DNA from: a virus
Taxonomy: Duplodnaviria > Caudoviricetes
Length of the DNA stretch: 55,870 bases
Reading direction: 5' to 3' (one strand)
Virus record (IMG/VR): IMGVR_UViG_3300021961_000124
Coordinates: 1-55,870 of that record
The notes beneath the pieces were generated by a model. That model searched no databases. It was not told the origin of the DNA and saw only the letters and a list, made by a program, of their open reading frames with translations. Shown here piece after piece: positions 18,331-29,147 of the stretch (position 1 is the first letter of the stretch; each line of letters opens with the position of its first letter). Position numbers and translations under genes: made by a program.

Positions 18331-21300
18331 TAGTGTTTCCCTACAACGATTTCAATTACACCTTTTTCAGGAGACTCTTTATTTTCCAATGCCTTACCAA
18401 TAACTGTCCCAACTTCTGCTTCGTTATTGACCGTAGCATATCCCGGAATAGCAGCCGAAACTAACAAGTCACCTTTCTTAACTCGTCCTAGAACTTTACA
18501 TGGAACTCGTCCTTGTAGTGCAATTCCTGTTACATTATCACCTGTTAGTTCTGAGTTCATTAAGTGTGCAGGATTTGTAGTAACAACACCAGCAACTCTA
18601 CGATCACCTCTAAATATTGTAGTAGTAACTTCAGCTTCCCCGCCAAATACTAAAACTGTTCCTGGTTCGTAAACATTATCGCCTAAATAGTTTTCTGCTA
18701 AGTCAGCATAGTATGATTCAGTTGCAGTTCCACGGAACGTAGTTGCATACACATTAGCGTACTTTAATGTAGCACTACCTATGTTGTAGATGTTGTCAGT
18801 GTCAGGTAAAGCACCTGCTGAACTAAACTTCATAGGTACAACACTAGAACTTGTAGCACTGTCTGCTGTAACAATAGCAACTTGGCCTGCTGTTGTTTTA
18901 CCAGTATTAGCACCAATAGCAATACCAGTAGAAGCCTGCGTTCTTTCTCCAGGTGCTTCAATAAATGAGCTGTATATCCAGTCAACACCTAGACGCTTTT
19001 CACCTGCAAAGTTAGAAGCAGTTTGTAGCACACTCTGATTTATACCAGTACCGCTAATGTTTACGTTACCTGGTATTTGTAAGTCTGGATATGTTGGACT
19101 TGCGCCGCCAGAACCACCAACTGCACGTAGTATTTCACCTTGTGCTGGTGTTTTTATAACAAGTGTAGTTGTATCCAAACTCAACACTTCGTATGTTGAC
19201 GAGCCGCCAAGTTTCAATGAGTTAACTTGAATACTTCCATTTGCATCTGTCTTAACAATTGAGTTAACCTCGCCTGTCTTTGATACATTAGTATAACCAT
19301 AAATACCTGTACCTGTTTTGATTAGTGCATTTCCAGGATCAGATGCTGTAGGAACTTCAACAGTAAAGTCATTATCCTCAAGGCCGCCGCCATCGTGTAC
19401 TACTGTACTAAATGAAATTTGTGATGCAGGGCCTGTACTTGCTGCGCTTCTGCCTACAACTGTTTTTGTTGCAACGTCCTCAATTGCTGTTAGAGTAATA
19501 CCACCATCCTTTAATGACACAAAACCATTATCAGTAGTAAAGTTAGTTGAGCTAAATGCAGCAACACCTAGGTCGTTTTGCGTAATGCCTGTAGAATTAG
19601 CAAGAGTTGCAGCTTTATTCATTGTCAACTTGCTTTGCAAAATACCTGCACTAGCTGATATGTCACTGTTTACAACAGAGTTTGAACGAATTTGTAAACT
19701 TAGGTTAGTTTGTCTAGCACTAGGAACACCAGTTCCTGTTAGTGCTCTAGTTGCAGTAATAGACACATCACTGCCTGTATCCCAAACACCGTTTGCCCAT
19801 TCATCCATTGGCCCGTCAACTATTGCGCCACGGGTTCCTGTTGGGTTTCCGTTTACATAAACAGTAAGGTTTTGTCCAGTTTCAAATTGTCCACTAGTTG
19901 GCGTGTATATAATAGCTTGGGAGTTGCCTTCATAACTAGTAACACTAAGCACATCTATAACATTACCAGCACCTGTTGGAGTTTGTACTATATCGGCAAC
20001 TTCAAATGGACCTTCGTCGATATTTGTTACTATAACTTTCTTAAATCCTGTTGATAGTAACACTTGTGATGCAGCTATATTGTTGAGTTCAACATCTCTT
20101 AGTTTGTAAAGCGAATCACTATTTGCTTGTGCAGCGTCAACATATGCTTTAGTAGCAGCATCTGAATTTGATGTTGGTGCTCTTAGATTAGTAATAGAGT
20201 TTCCTGCTGCATTCAGGTCGTCAGTCATTGGCACCGCGCCGTTAGGAGCAAGAACACCTGGGCCTAACGGATTTGAAATAGCTGTACCATTGACATCGTA
20301 GCCTAAACGTCTATTAACATACCCACGTACAGCACTTTCTGTTGGTACTGTGTCCGATGCGTTATCAGTCATTGCTGAGTCTGTTGAGAACTCAGTAATA
20401 ACAACACCACGTTTAAAGCCTAGACCGTCAACGTCTGACAGTGCAAGCGAAGCACTAAATGTAACAGTACCAGTACCTTGGTCAACGCTAAAGAAGCGTC
20501 CTACACGGAAGATACCGTTTTGGTCTGTGCTTACATAGAACACACGACCTGCACCACGTTCTATTACTTCTTTGGCTTGATCTGATTCTCTTGGTAGACC
20601 GTAAATAAAATTAGGATAGTTACTTTGGTTAAAACCTCCTGTTCCTACATCTAGGAAGTCATGACCTGTTGCACGACATGTTGAAATGTTAACTGTAACA
20701 TTACCTGTTGCGCCTGACTTTAGACCTGCTCGTAATGTAATTGTTTCGTTACCTAATACAACAGGTCTTGATAAACCTACAACAGGTGTAATATTAATAT
20801 CAGATCCTGGAATTTCTAGCAAATCAACTATACCGTACTCATTACTATCAGACACAGGCCCAATGATGTTTCCTGCATTTACAGCACGATAGTTATAAAC
20901 ATAATATTTTTTGCCTCCCCATGTAGTCATTGGTGCTTCAACTAATGTTGCAGTACTCCATCCTAATGGTCTGTTTTCAATTGGCGTTCTGGCATTATTA
21001 TTAAGTCTAAATATTTCGTTATCGTCTAGTCCTACTTGTAAAGCAAGAACGGTATCGCCTATTGTGCCGCCTTTTGTAGTTCCGGTACCTGATAGCGCAA
21101 CTTCTTGAGCTTTTGCACTATCAATTACTAAACGAATGAAGTCGTAACCTGTGTCAAATCCTGCTTGGGACTGATCATTTGATAAAAGAGTTCCTAAACT
21201 ATCAGATCCTAAGAAACTAATAGATCTGTAAATTTGATCTGGATTCTCATCAAAAATAACAGCAGTTGATGGACGAATTGACAACACATCGGGTCTTACA

Positions 21301-24300
21301 ATATCACCTAATATGTGTGTTTGATTTCGTCTAAAGTTAATGTCATCTCCCCATGATACAGCTTCTAACAGTCCTGTGGATTGATATCGAACATCGGAAG
21401 TTGAAAATGATAGTTTATAAACTTGTCCATCTTTTTTAGGTGTACTTGCATCGACAAAAATATTTCCAGTAACTGATACAGCAGTTATTGCTCCAATTGG
21501 ATCAACTTCTGTAACTTCTACAATAGCATCATTGCCAATCCCAATACTCCCTGACGTACCTCCCATATATGTCCCATCAAGTGTAAAAGTGTCTCCTACA
21601 GTATAATCTGTTCCTGGTGTGGTTATTACTGCTCCGTAACCGTTATCAATTGATTTATATACTGTAAACACAGCCCCAATAGCAGAACCGTTTGCTATAA
21701 CATTAGTAGTTGGTATAGAACTATTAATTCCTTTTAAACCGCCTAGTATATGATTAATCTTAGTTACGTTTGCAACCTCATATCTAGCGAATGCTGGGAA
21801 TACAGGATGCCATAAATCAATTTCAGCTCTATTACTTGGAGCATTTGCCATGTCATATACATGGATATACAATTGCTCTGCGTTATTCCCATATCCAGTA
21901 TTATCAACACTTATTGGAACACTTGTAGGACCTAGATTTGTAACTGTTGAGTCTCCAGTTATTGGTCCTGTAATTTGCAATTCATTAGAGGTATCGAATG
22001 CACCATTTACATCTGTTAGATAAATTACATAAGATCCTGTTCCGCCATCAGATACTTGACTTGTTGATACTACAACTGTTCCTGTTGCACCTGTATTAAT
22101 CTGTGTAATTTCTTCGCCTTCAGTTAATATCTGTGCGCCAGTTAATGTTAAAATAGTATCAGCACTAAACGATTTAGCAGGTTCTGCCATATCTTGTACT
22201 AGGATTACTGCGTCAGGAATTTCGTTTGGATCTGAACCTTCTGCAATTAGACCGTATTCACCGTAACAAGATGATCCAGTAATAGATCTAATTTGTGATC
22301 CGTTTTTAGCATAGTATGAAACCCAGCAATAGTAGGTAAACATAGATACCATTTCTGATAATGCACCGTTCACTGCAACAAGACCATATCCTAAATCGTT
22401 TACCTGTGTAAAGTCATTGCCTAATATACTTCTGTTACCTGCTGTTTGTAGTGTTACTGATAATGGTGACGGAACACTTTGAACAACACGTCTTACAATA
22501 ACAGCAGTATTTGTATCAATCTCAACTTTTGCTTCTATTAAATCTGCTGCAACCCATGCGGTACTTGGATAAGAAGTTGCAGGTAATGCGTTAGTAGTGC
22601 CCGATGATATTACATTTTTTACTATAGTTACTAATGATTCTACTTCAGTTGCTTCGGTTGCACTTGCAGGTGTTCCTGTATTTGTTTGACCAGCATAGCT
22701 TTCTGTTACAATGTCACTAACAATTGATGCTAGCTGTGCCATTGCAGCAGCAGTTACTGATCTTTGGGCCAACGGTAATACACTAACTGCAAATGTAAAA
22801 TAAGATTTTGCAGCGTTAATAGATGCTGTATTGCCGCCATACTGTATATCATAGCTTAATGCATCAACAATATATCCTACGTCTCGGCGACACTTATCTT
22901 CATCATAAGTAAATCCTGCATAGTTACTGTTAATCCAAGTAGTTAGTTCAGTGCCAATGTATGCTCTATTTGCTTGCAGTAGCTCTCTTGCATAGCGTTT
23001 GTTAACATCAACACCTGGGTCTGTCCACACTAAGGGATCAGCATTTCCAGCACCATTTGAAAGAATATCAGTTATTTCATTAAATGCTGCTGTTATTGAA
23101 TTTGTAATTCCTACACTGCTTGAAACACTTGATAGAGCAAGAACTTGATTCTTTGCTTCTTCGATTGCATTTACTGTAACTGCTCTTTGTCCGCCTTCTC
23201 CTGTACTAACAACTAGTTCTGCAGATGTTGTACCACGTTGATAAGCAAGTCCGGAGGTAACTGCATTATAATTTGTACCAAACAACAAGTCATAACTAGT
23301 GCCTTGGATCATTATTTCAGTATCTCTTGCACAAATTTCTGAGTCAAATTCAAAATCACCAATTGCGTCTAGATTAACTCCGGTAATTAAGTTACTTGTA
23401 ATTCCTGAAAAACCATTTCCGTCATTAGAACTTCTATCAAGTATAAGTTGAGCAGTACCATATTCTGCATCGTATGCTGTACATGCGTTAATCTGGAATC
23501 GTCTGCCATCGATATAAAATGCGCTTGGAGTTTCAGGTTTTCTAATGAATAGGCCTTGGCCTGGTAAACTCTTAATGTTTACTCTAAATGGATCACTTGG
23601 ATCAACAAGTCCTACTACTTGAACTGCACTATTTCCTGTAAATGCGTCAACATACATTCCTCCACGGAATGATTGTTTGTTAACTGACTGTGAAAACGAT
23701 GCTGCTACTTGAATGTATGGAGATTTAGTTAGTACCTGTCCCTGCGGATCAAGTACACACATAAATCCACCGTGTCCTTGAACAGTAATATTACTAATGC
23801 GTGTTGCATCGTTCATTAAGAAAACATCCATCTCGTTGTTTCTTTTTGGTGGATTGTAATCTTCGTTAAATGCAAATACAACAGTACCTATTAACTGAGA
23901 TATAGTATCTGATGGTCCAAAAACTTCATCCCAATATGTTACCTGATCTAAAGAGAATGAACTTGACGAAGTATGTTCTGATTTACACTGGAAATAAAGT
24001 TCATCACCTAAACCTGTAACGAATTTAACAACGTTACCAACCCTGTATAAAGTTGACGAGGCCCATAGATCCGGATCTGCTTCTCCATTATAAAGGTCTG
24101 CTTCTGGATATTCTAGGTCAACGCCATATATCATTGCAGGTTCTTCGCCACGCAATAACGATTCTGCTATCGTATGAATGTATTGCATCCCTGCTACACA
24201 TCCATCTACATTAATGCCTCCTAATGATCCGTCGTAGAATTCACCTTGCATTTCTAGAGAAAATTCATTTCCTCCGTTTCTTAAATCTTTTACAAGTGCA

Positions 24301-27068
24301 TCAATAATAAATCCGGTATCACGTTTGCTTTTTGTTTCGCTATAATTACCAATCATAGCAGGGTAAGTATTATTAATGTATTCTACTACTTGCTCTTGTA
24401 TAAATTCTTTGTTATCAATAAGTGTTAGTGCCGCAGTTTCCCATTTGCCAATGTTTTTATAGCCAGCACCTACGTTTTTCTGCCTTCTTGGATCAGCTAC
24501 ATAATGGTATCCAAAATACCCATCAATATCACCTGTTAACGGGTTAACATATTCAACACCATTTGGCACACTAGTAACAGTAAGGATTGCTTTTGGTGCG
24601 CCCCCTTCGCCTAACTGATCATCTAAAATTTCAATAGTATCGCCAACTCTCCAGTCTTTACCTGAATTAACAATATTAATAGTTGTTATAGCACCATTTC
24701 CGTCAACTGTTATCTCAAATGTTGCATCTTTACCATAACCACTAGTTGAATATTGTGTAGGTATAATTGTATATGTTCCTGCTACACGATTTGCATCAGC
24801 AGGAGTAACTGTTTCTACACTTTCAATTAATGACTTACCTAATACTAGTCCATCAAACTCTCTATCTCTATAAAAGAATGAAGTTGCATATCGAGATTGC
24901 GAAACTCGTCTTTTAGGCTTAATAATAGAACGTCTAAATTCGTCACCATTGATTGTTACGTTTGGTGGAATACGAATAGGATAGTCTTCTTCATATACTC
25001 CTGATTCTACCATAACAGTAACTTGGGCTTCTCTAGAAATATTTCCGTATTCTAGTTCTTCGTCAAGTAAAAACACTTTTGGTTCTAATAGCTGAACTTC
25101 AATTTCATCTGTCTCAGTAATACTAACAGGTCTATCTCCTGATTCATGTCTATAGTCGATAATTCTTGCTAGAGCACCTGATGTGCGACCTCTAATAACC
25201 TTGCCTGGAATAATGTCTGTGTTTTCAGGACTAGCTTGATCTACAAATCCAAAGTTTCCGTTTCGTACATTAAGTCTGTAACTTCTTTCGCCGTCTACTA
25301 TTGCTGGCGCATCTAGTAGACCGTCATTAATAACATCTAGAATAACACTAAATTTACCATTGTAGGTTGATCCTGCATCTGGGTCTGGTATGTTTACAGA
25401 GTCATAAAATGGTTGTACGCGAGTCTGATAAAAAGTTTCAGATGGCTCGTCGGCCGGATTTGCACCTTCTGATAACCAAGTACTGTAGTCTAAGATGTAT
25501 TGAACAAGGTCCCTTGCATGTTCGATACCTGCTATAGTCTCAGTTCTTTGAGATCCAATTGCTTTCTTTGCAGAAGGACTTGAATAATATCTAACGCCAG
25601 CCCAGCGGGACAAATAGTTAGCGTTATCACCTAGCATGCCATCTAATGTCACTGCTTCAAGAATGTAACCTACGTCTCTTTGACAGATTTCAACATCGTA
25701 TGTTCCAGCAAAACTTGGATATGTTGCATCTATAAATGCAGTAACTTCTTTTTGTATAAACTCTTTGTTTGCTATAATAAGACTTCTTGCGTTAGTCCTT
25801 TGAATATCAGCACCGGAAATACCTGCCGAAAGTATTGTTGACGCAGTTGCTCCAGTGTTATAGGTCATTGTCTGCATCATTGGGCCTGGAAGATAAGCTG
25901 AGGATAGAATTACTTCTTCTGCTTTTCTTACAGCAGCATTGATTGTTCTGTATGCATATGCAGGATTACGTCCTTCTTTACCAACAGGAGTATTTGTTTG
26001 TCTGTCGTCACCGTTCTGGGCAACAAATATGTTTACAGCACTGGTTGCAGCAGCATTATCAACATAAAGTTTTGTTGCGGCTTGTAAATCATCAGGTCCA
26101 TTTGGCAGACCAAAACCAGAAAGTTCACCTGGATGATCTGATAAATTTAAAATACCTGTCATTGTGTCGCCTTGACGACGAACTACTGACTTTCTTGGTA
26201 TAGCAACATTGTTTAAAAAGTTTCCTGCTAGTGAGGTATCATACGCAGAGTCAGTAATAGTAAAGGTACCAGTACCACCGCTTAATAGTATACGTTCTGT
26301 TCCATTAACAGCGCCTAGTTCTGTTTCGTGTAACGATATTGTGTTTGAGTCTTGCACACGAACATACGCAATGCCGCCTGTAGTTACACCAAATGGGTCT
26401 GTTCCTGTAGAACGGAATATAAATGGAGCGCCATTATATGCTTGTGATAGACCATGTGAAGGAATATTTAGACTTCCTAGTACTAAATTGGTTACTGTTA
26501 AAGTGTAACTATTTGTACTAGTTGGTTCATCTGGCAAACGTAGGCCGCCGCCAGCAATATCTTTTGACTGATAATTTCTATCAGCATATGCTTTATCAAT
26601 TACTAAGGAGTCTATACTTAGGTCTGTTCCATACACAGAGTTAAATGTGTCAATAGCAGCCTGCGTTATTCTAACGTTTGCAATTGGTTGCGAGGCAGCG
26701 TTTAGCGGCCCGCCTAAAATAGGTTCAGGGTCGTTTGAAACTTTTGAAACTAGCTGTCTTACAATTAATTTTCCGTCTACGCTGAAATCAAAACCTATAG
26801 TATCAATAGTTCCATTTAGCTCATTATCAGATGCTAATTCTAAAAACGCTATACCAGAGCCATCTCTTTTAACTGCTGGTACCTTGTTTTCATTTCCTTC
26901 GTATGAATTAGGAGTATCCGAAAGGTCAGTTAAACTAATCTGGCCACCAATACCAAAAACAGCATACAGTTCAGTAAAGTTTTCATTTACCTTACGAAAC
27001 GATTCGCGTATACTATCGCCGGTACCGTCGTTACCTTCTACGCCAATATTAACATTTTGCTTTGCCAT
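18330..27068 (-). CDS. giant (2912 aa) virion structural/tail protein
   Basis: gp10-like N-terminus; AATK.YVD motifs; pectin-lyase-like GVYEE.YPI.IP..V.I.GDE.R; four (C/S)xRDxG(Y/F)I-type helical repeats; C-terminal YADLAENY...YEPGTV domain. Confidence 0.8.
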   Translation of the reverse strand: MAKQNVNIGVEGNDGTGDSIRESFRKVNENFTELYAVFGIGGQISLTDLSDTPNSYEGNENKVPAVKRDGSGIAFLELASDNELNGTIDTIGFDFSVDGKLIVRQLVSKVSNDPEPILGGPLNAASQPIANVRITQAAIDTFNSVYGTDLSIDSLVIDKAYADRNYQSKDIAGGGLRLPDEPTSTNSYTLTVTNLVLGSLNIPSHGLSQAYNGAPFIFRSTGTDPFGVTTGGIAYVRVQDSNTISLHETELGAVNGTERILLSGGTGTFTITDSAYDTSLAGNFLNNVAIPRKSVVRRQGDTMTGILNLSDHPGELSGFGLPNGPDDLQAATKLYVDNAAATSAVNIFVAQNGDDRQTNTPVGKEGRNPAYAYRTINAAVRKAEEVILSSAYLPGPMMQTMTYNTGATASTILSAGISGADIQRTNARSLIIANKEFIQKEVTAFIDATYPSFAGTYDVEICQRDVGYILEAVTLDGMLGDNANYLSRWAGVRYYSSPSAKKAIGSQRTETIAGIEHARDLVQYILDYSTWLSEGANPADEPSETFYQTRVQPFYDSVNIPDPDAGSTYNGKFSVILDVINDGLLDAPAIVDGERSYRLNVRNGNFGFVDQASPENTDIIPGKVIRGRTSGALARIIDYRHESGDRPVSITETDEIEVQLLEPKVFLLDEELEYGNISREAQVTVMVESGVYEEDYPIRIPPNVTINGDEFRRSIIKPKRRVSQSRYATSFFYRDREFDGLVLGKSLIESVETVTPADANRVAGTYTIIPTQYSTSGYGKDATFEITVDGNGAITTINIVNSGKDWRVGDTIEILDDQLGEGGAPKAILTVTSVPNGVEYVNPLTGDIDGYFGYHYVADPRRQKNVGAGYKNIGKWETAALTLIDNKEFIQEQVVEYINNTYPAMIGNYSETKSKRDTGFIIDALVKDLRNGGNEFSLEMQGEFYDGSLGGINVDGCVAGMQYIHTIAESLLRGEEPAMIYGVDLEYPEADLYNGEADPDLWASSTLYRVGNVVKFVTGLGDELYFQCKSEHTSSSSFSLDQVTYWDEVFGPSDTISQLIGTVVFAFNEDYNPPKRNNEMDVFLMNDATRISNITVQGHGGFMCVLDPQGQVLTKSPYIQVAASFSQSVNKQSFRGGMYVDAFTGNSAVQVVGLVDPSDPFRVNIKSLPGQGLFIRKPETPSAFYIDGRRFQINACTAYDAEYGTAQLILDRSSNDGNGFSGITSNLITGVNLDAIGDFEFDSEICARDTEIMIQGTSYDLLFGTNYNAVTSGLAYQRGTTSAELVVSTGEGGQRAVTVNAIEEAKNQVLALSSVSSSVGITNSITAAFNEITDILSNGAGNADPLVWTDPGVDVNKRYARELLQANRAYIGTELTTWINSNYAGFTYDEDKCRRDVGYIVDALSYDIQYGGNTASINAAKSYFTFAVSVLPLAQRSVTAAAMAQLASIVSDIVTESYAGQTNTGTPASATEATEVESLVTIVKNVISSGTTNALPATSYPSTAWVAADLIEAKVEIDTNTAVIVRRVVQSVPSPLSVTLQTAGNRSILGNDFTQVNDLGYGLVAVNGALSEMVSMFTYYCWVSYYAKNGSQIRSITGSSCYGEYGLIAEGSDPNEIPDAVILVQDMAEPAKSFSADTILTLTGAQILTEGEEITQINTGATGTVVVSTSQVSDGGTGSYVIYLTDVNGAFDTSNELQITGPITGDSTVTNLGPTSVPISVDNTGYGNNAEQLYIHVYDMANAPSNRAEIDLWHPVFPAFARYEVANVTKINHILGGLKGINSSIPTTNVIANGSAIGAVFTVYKSIDNGYGAVITTPGTDYTVGDTFTLDGTYMGGTSGSIGIGNDAIVEVTEVDPIGAITAVSVTGNIFVDASTPKKDGQVYKLSFSTSDVRYQSTGLLEAVSWGDDINFRRNQTHILGDIVRPDVLSIRPSTAVIFDENPDQIYRSISFLGSDSLGTLLSNDQSQAGFDTGYDFIRLVIDSAKAQEVALSGTGTTKGGTIGDTVLALQVGLDDNEIFRLNNNARTPIENRPLGWSTATLVEAPMTTWGGKKYYVYNYRAVNAGNIIGPVSDSNEYGIVDLLEIPGSDINITPVVGLSRPVVLGNETITLRAGLKSGATGNVTVNISTCRATGHDFLDVGTGGFNQSNYPNFIYGLPRESDQAKEVIERGAGRVFYVSTDQNGIFRVGRFFSVDQGTGTVTFSASLALSDVDGLGFKRGVVITEFSTDSAMTDNASDTVPTESAVRGYVNRRLGYDVNGTAISNPLGPGVLAPNGAVPMTDDLNAAGNSITNLRAPTSNSDAATKAYVDAAQANSDSLYKLRDVELNNIAASQVLLSTGFKKVIVTNIDEGPFEVADIVQTPTGAGNVIDVLSVTSYEGNSQAIIYTPTSGQFETGQNLTVYVNGNPTGTRGAIVDGPMDEWANGVWDTGSDVSITATRALTGTGVPSARQTNLSLQIRSNSVVNSDISASAGILQSKLTMNKAATLANSTGITQNDLGVAAFSSTNFTTDNGFVSLKDGGITLTAIEDVATKTVVGRSAASTGPASQISFSTVVHDGGGLEDNDFTVEVPTASDPGNALIKTGTGIYGYTNVSKTGEVNSIVKTDANGSIQVNSLKLGGSSTYEVLSLDTTTLVIKTPAQGEILRAVGGSGGASPTYPDLQIPGNVNISGTGINQSVLQTASNFAGEKRLGVDWIYSSFIEAPGERTQASTGIAIGANTGKTTAGQVAIVTADSATSSSVVPMKFSSAGALPDTDNIYNIGSATLKYANVYATTFRGTATESYYADLAENYLGDNVYEPGTVLVFGGEAEVTTTIFRGDRRVAGVVTTNPAHLMNSELTGDNVTGIALQGRVPCKVLGRVKKGDLLVSAAIPGYATVNNEAEVGTVIGKALENKESPEKGVIEIVVGKH

Positions 27069-27079
27069 TTATAACTCCA

Positions 27080-27439
27080 TTATCCTATGAATTGTGGTAT
27101 GTGATTGTCAAAATTTACACTTACGCCGCAGCCGCAACTAGTACGTGCGTTGGGATTGCTTATTTCAAACTGTTCGCCTGTTAGGCTACGAGCATAATCA
27201 ATTTGTGTTCCTACAAGAAAGAACAGACTATATGATCCAATGACTAAGTTTCCATCCCCTGCAGAGATTACTTCGTCACTGGGATCTAGCTCGTTTTCAT
27301 TTTTTATAGTTCCCCAGTCGTACTGAAAACCAGCACACCCGCCTCCTGTGACGTTTAGACTAATAGCAAAACAGTCATAGTCTTTGCAAAGTTGATTAAT
27401 TTGAGTTTGTGCAGATTCAGTTAGTGTGCATATTGACAT
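27080..27439 (-). CDS. HesB/IscA/ErpA A-type Fe-S cluster carrier
   Basis: GGGCAGFQY and NPNA..SCGCG.S motifs. Confidence 0.93.
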   Translation of the reverse strand: MSICTLTESAQTQINQLCKDYDCFAISLNVTGGGCAGFQYDWGTIKNENELDPSDEVISAGDGNLVIGSYSLFFLVGTQIDYARSLTGEQFEISNPNARTSCGCGVSVNFDNHIPQFIG

Positions 27440-27500
27440 TTTTTACCTCTCTATGTTTATATTTAGCGAACATTTTTATAATCTTAATGTAAATATAGTT

Positions 27501-27788
27501 ATGTTCTTAGGTCAGTTTACAGAAAAAACACGGCATGAGCGTATATCAAAGACAGGTATACGTCATGAATATTTTAGACACAAAACGTTTGTACGTTTAA
27601 GGTGTGACAATTGTGATAATGATTTTGTTAGAGAACGAGGAAATATGGATCCTAAGAGACTTAATAACAACTACTTTCATGTTTGTGAAAGATGTGATGC
27701 CAAAACCTTCGGACAAAAGAAAGGCGTGGAACGCAAACAAGTTTGGGATCTCCACGCCTCTAGTGATTTACCAATTAGTAAACTATAG
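27501..27788 (+). CDS. small CxxC...CxxC (zinc-ribbon-like) protein
   Basis: CDNC and CERC; start MFLGQF just after TAAATA (27490-27495). Confidence 0.65.
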   Translation: MFLGQFTEKTRHERISKTGIRHEYFRHKTFVRLRCDNCDNDFVRERGNMDPKRLNNNYFHVCERCDAKTFGQKKGVERKQVWDLHASSDLPISKL

Positions 27789-27789
27789 T

Positions 27790-29061
27790 TTAATTTCTTA
27801 CTATACCTCTTTGAGCTTTAAGTTGATTGTATCCTTCATCATCTAAGTGTGTAATAGCAAGCCAAGCATGAGTCATCTCATCCGCAGTTCTACTACCGCC
27901 TACTACCCAAAAATCTGGGTCTGGATTGTTTGGATTGTTTGCAGTATTGTCATACCACTGTTTTAAAATAATAACTGCACCTGCAGGTATTAGTGGTGCT
28001 ACATCAGGAGCGTACAAGTGACTGTGATGCCATGTTGCACTCCAGTTTGATATTTGACTTATTGCTTCTGTTCTGCCAGTTTCGGGATAAAATATTTCCA
28101 AACTTGCAGCATTCATACGCAAGTGGCCATGCGGTTGAAAACTATCTAAACGCACAGGATGATCGAAACTGTGAAAGCCCTGCGTCATTGCATATCCATT
28201 GGGTGGGACTACTAAGTCGTCCTGATTGCCAAGGCGATACAAACTCAAATCTTGTTTGTATTTCAGTTGTGCGCTTTCCTCTTCTGTGTATAACCAAAGA
28301 CCAATCTCTACCACGTTGTCTTTGATAACTGATCCTGGAGCCATTGCGCCAAGCCCACCAGGGAACATGTGTATATCCCAACTTACTTCTGCATTTGCTG
28401 GAATAGTACGGCACACCCCTTGTGGTACTATCTCTCCCCACTTTCCCATAGCATACTCTGTAAGCATACCTTCACGCCCTTCTGCTGTTATAATACTTGA
28501 GTTTGCATGATGTACTACACTTTTAGCATTGCCACGTGGTTTAACTTGTACTGCTTTGATACAACGGTCTTCAGTTAACCCTGTTGGTACTAAATGCTTG
28601 TGCCACATATCATTACCACTTGCAGGAATGTCTATTGCTACTGAAGGAATAATTGCATCAGGTAAACCAAAGTCTTCTTCAAAGTTCCACGCTTCTGGAT
28701 CTCGCATTTCTGGTAGTTGTACTACAACATCAGCATTACCATAAGGTGAACCTGCATTTACCCATGCTACTACAGCATCAATTTCTTCTTGTGATAAACG
28801 CCAGTCACCTTGCAGGTCCTGTATGCCAATACCATGATCGTATGCATAAGGAGGCATTTCTCTATTGGCTACTCTCATTTGTATAAGAGGAGCCCACGGT
28901 CTTACTTGCTCGTATGTTTCAAAACTCATTGGTCCGATGCCACCAGGACGGTGACACGTTACACAGTTATTGTTTATGATTTCAGCAACATTATCTGTAT
29001 AGGTTTGTGCAGCCAGTGTAACTGGGATTAAGGCTGCGAATAGTGCAACTAGGTGTTTCAT
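27790..29061 (-). CDS. secreted cytochrome c + copper type II (PHM/DBH-like) monooxygenase
   Basis: Signal peptide MKHLVALFAALIPVTLAAQ; heme motif CVTCH with distal MPP; Cu ligands VHHA, H, PHGH and the C-terminal DEM. Confidence 0.82.
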   Translation of the reverse strand: MKHLVALFAALIPVTLAAQTYTDNVAEIINNNCVTCHRPGGIGPMSFETYEQVRPWAPLIQMRVANREMPPYAYDHGIGIQDLQGDWRLSQEEIDAVVAWVNAGSPYGNADVVVQLPEMRDPEAWNFEEDFGLPDAIIPSVAIDIPASGNDMWHKHLVPTGLTEDRCIKAVQVKPRGNAKSVVHHANSSIITAEGREGMLTEYAMGKWGEIVPQGVCRTIPANAEVSWDIHMFPGGLGAMAPGSVIKDNVVEIGLWLYTEEESAQLKYKQDLSLYRLGNQDDLVVPPNGYAMTQGFHSFDHPVRLDSFQPHGHLRMNAASLEIFYPETGRTEAISQISNWSATWHHSHLYAPDVAPLIPAGAVIILKQWYDNTANNPNNPDPDFWVVGGSRTADEMTHAWLAITHLDDEGYNQLKAQRGIVRN

Positions 29062-29147
29062 ATAATTTCTCCTGAGGAACAATTATATTTAAACACATTT
29101 TTTGCAAAATACAACCTAAACTTGTAAAATGTTACAATTTATTACAA

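Noticed and set aside
13845-27090. Numerous plus-strand ORFs antisense to tail genes
   Set aside because: Typical antisense shadows of Gly/Thr/Val-rich genes with biased codons; low-complexity V/P/S/T products without RBS or promoter.
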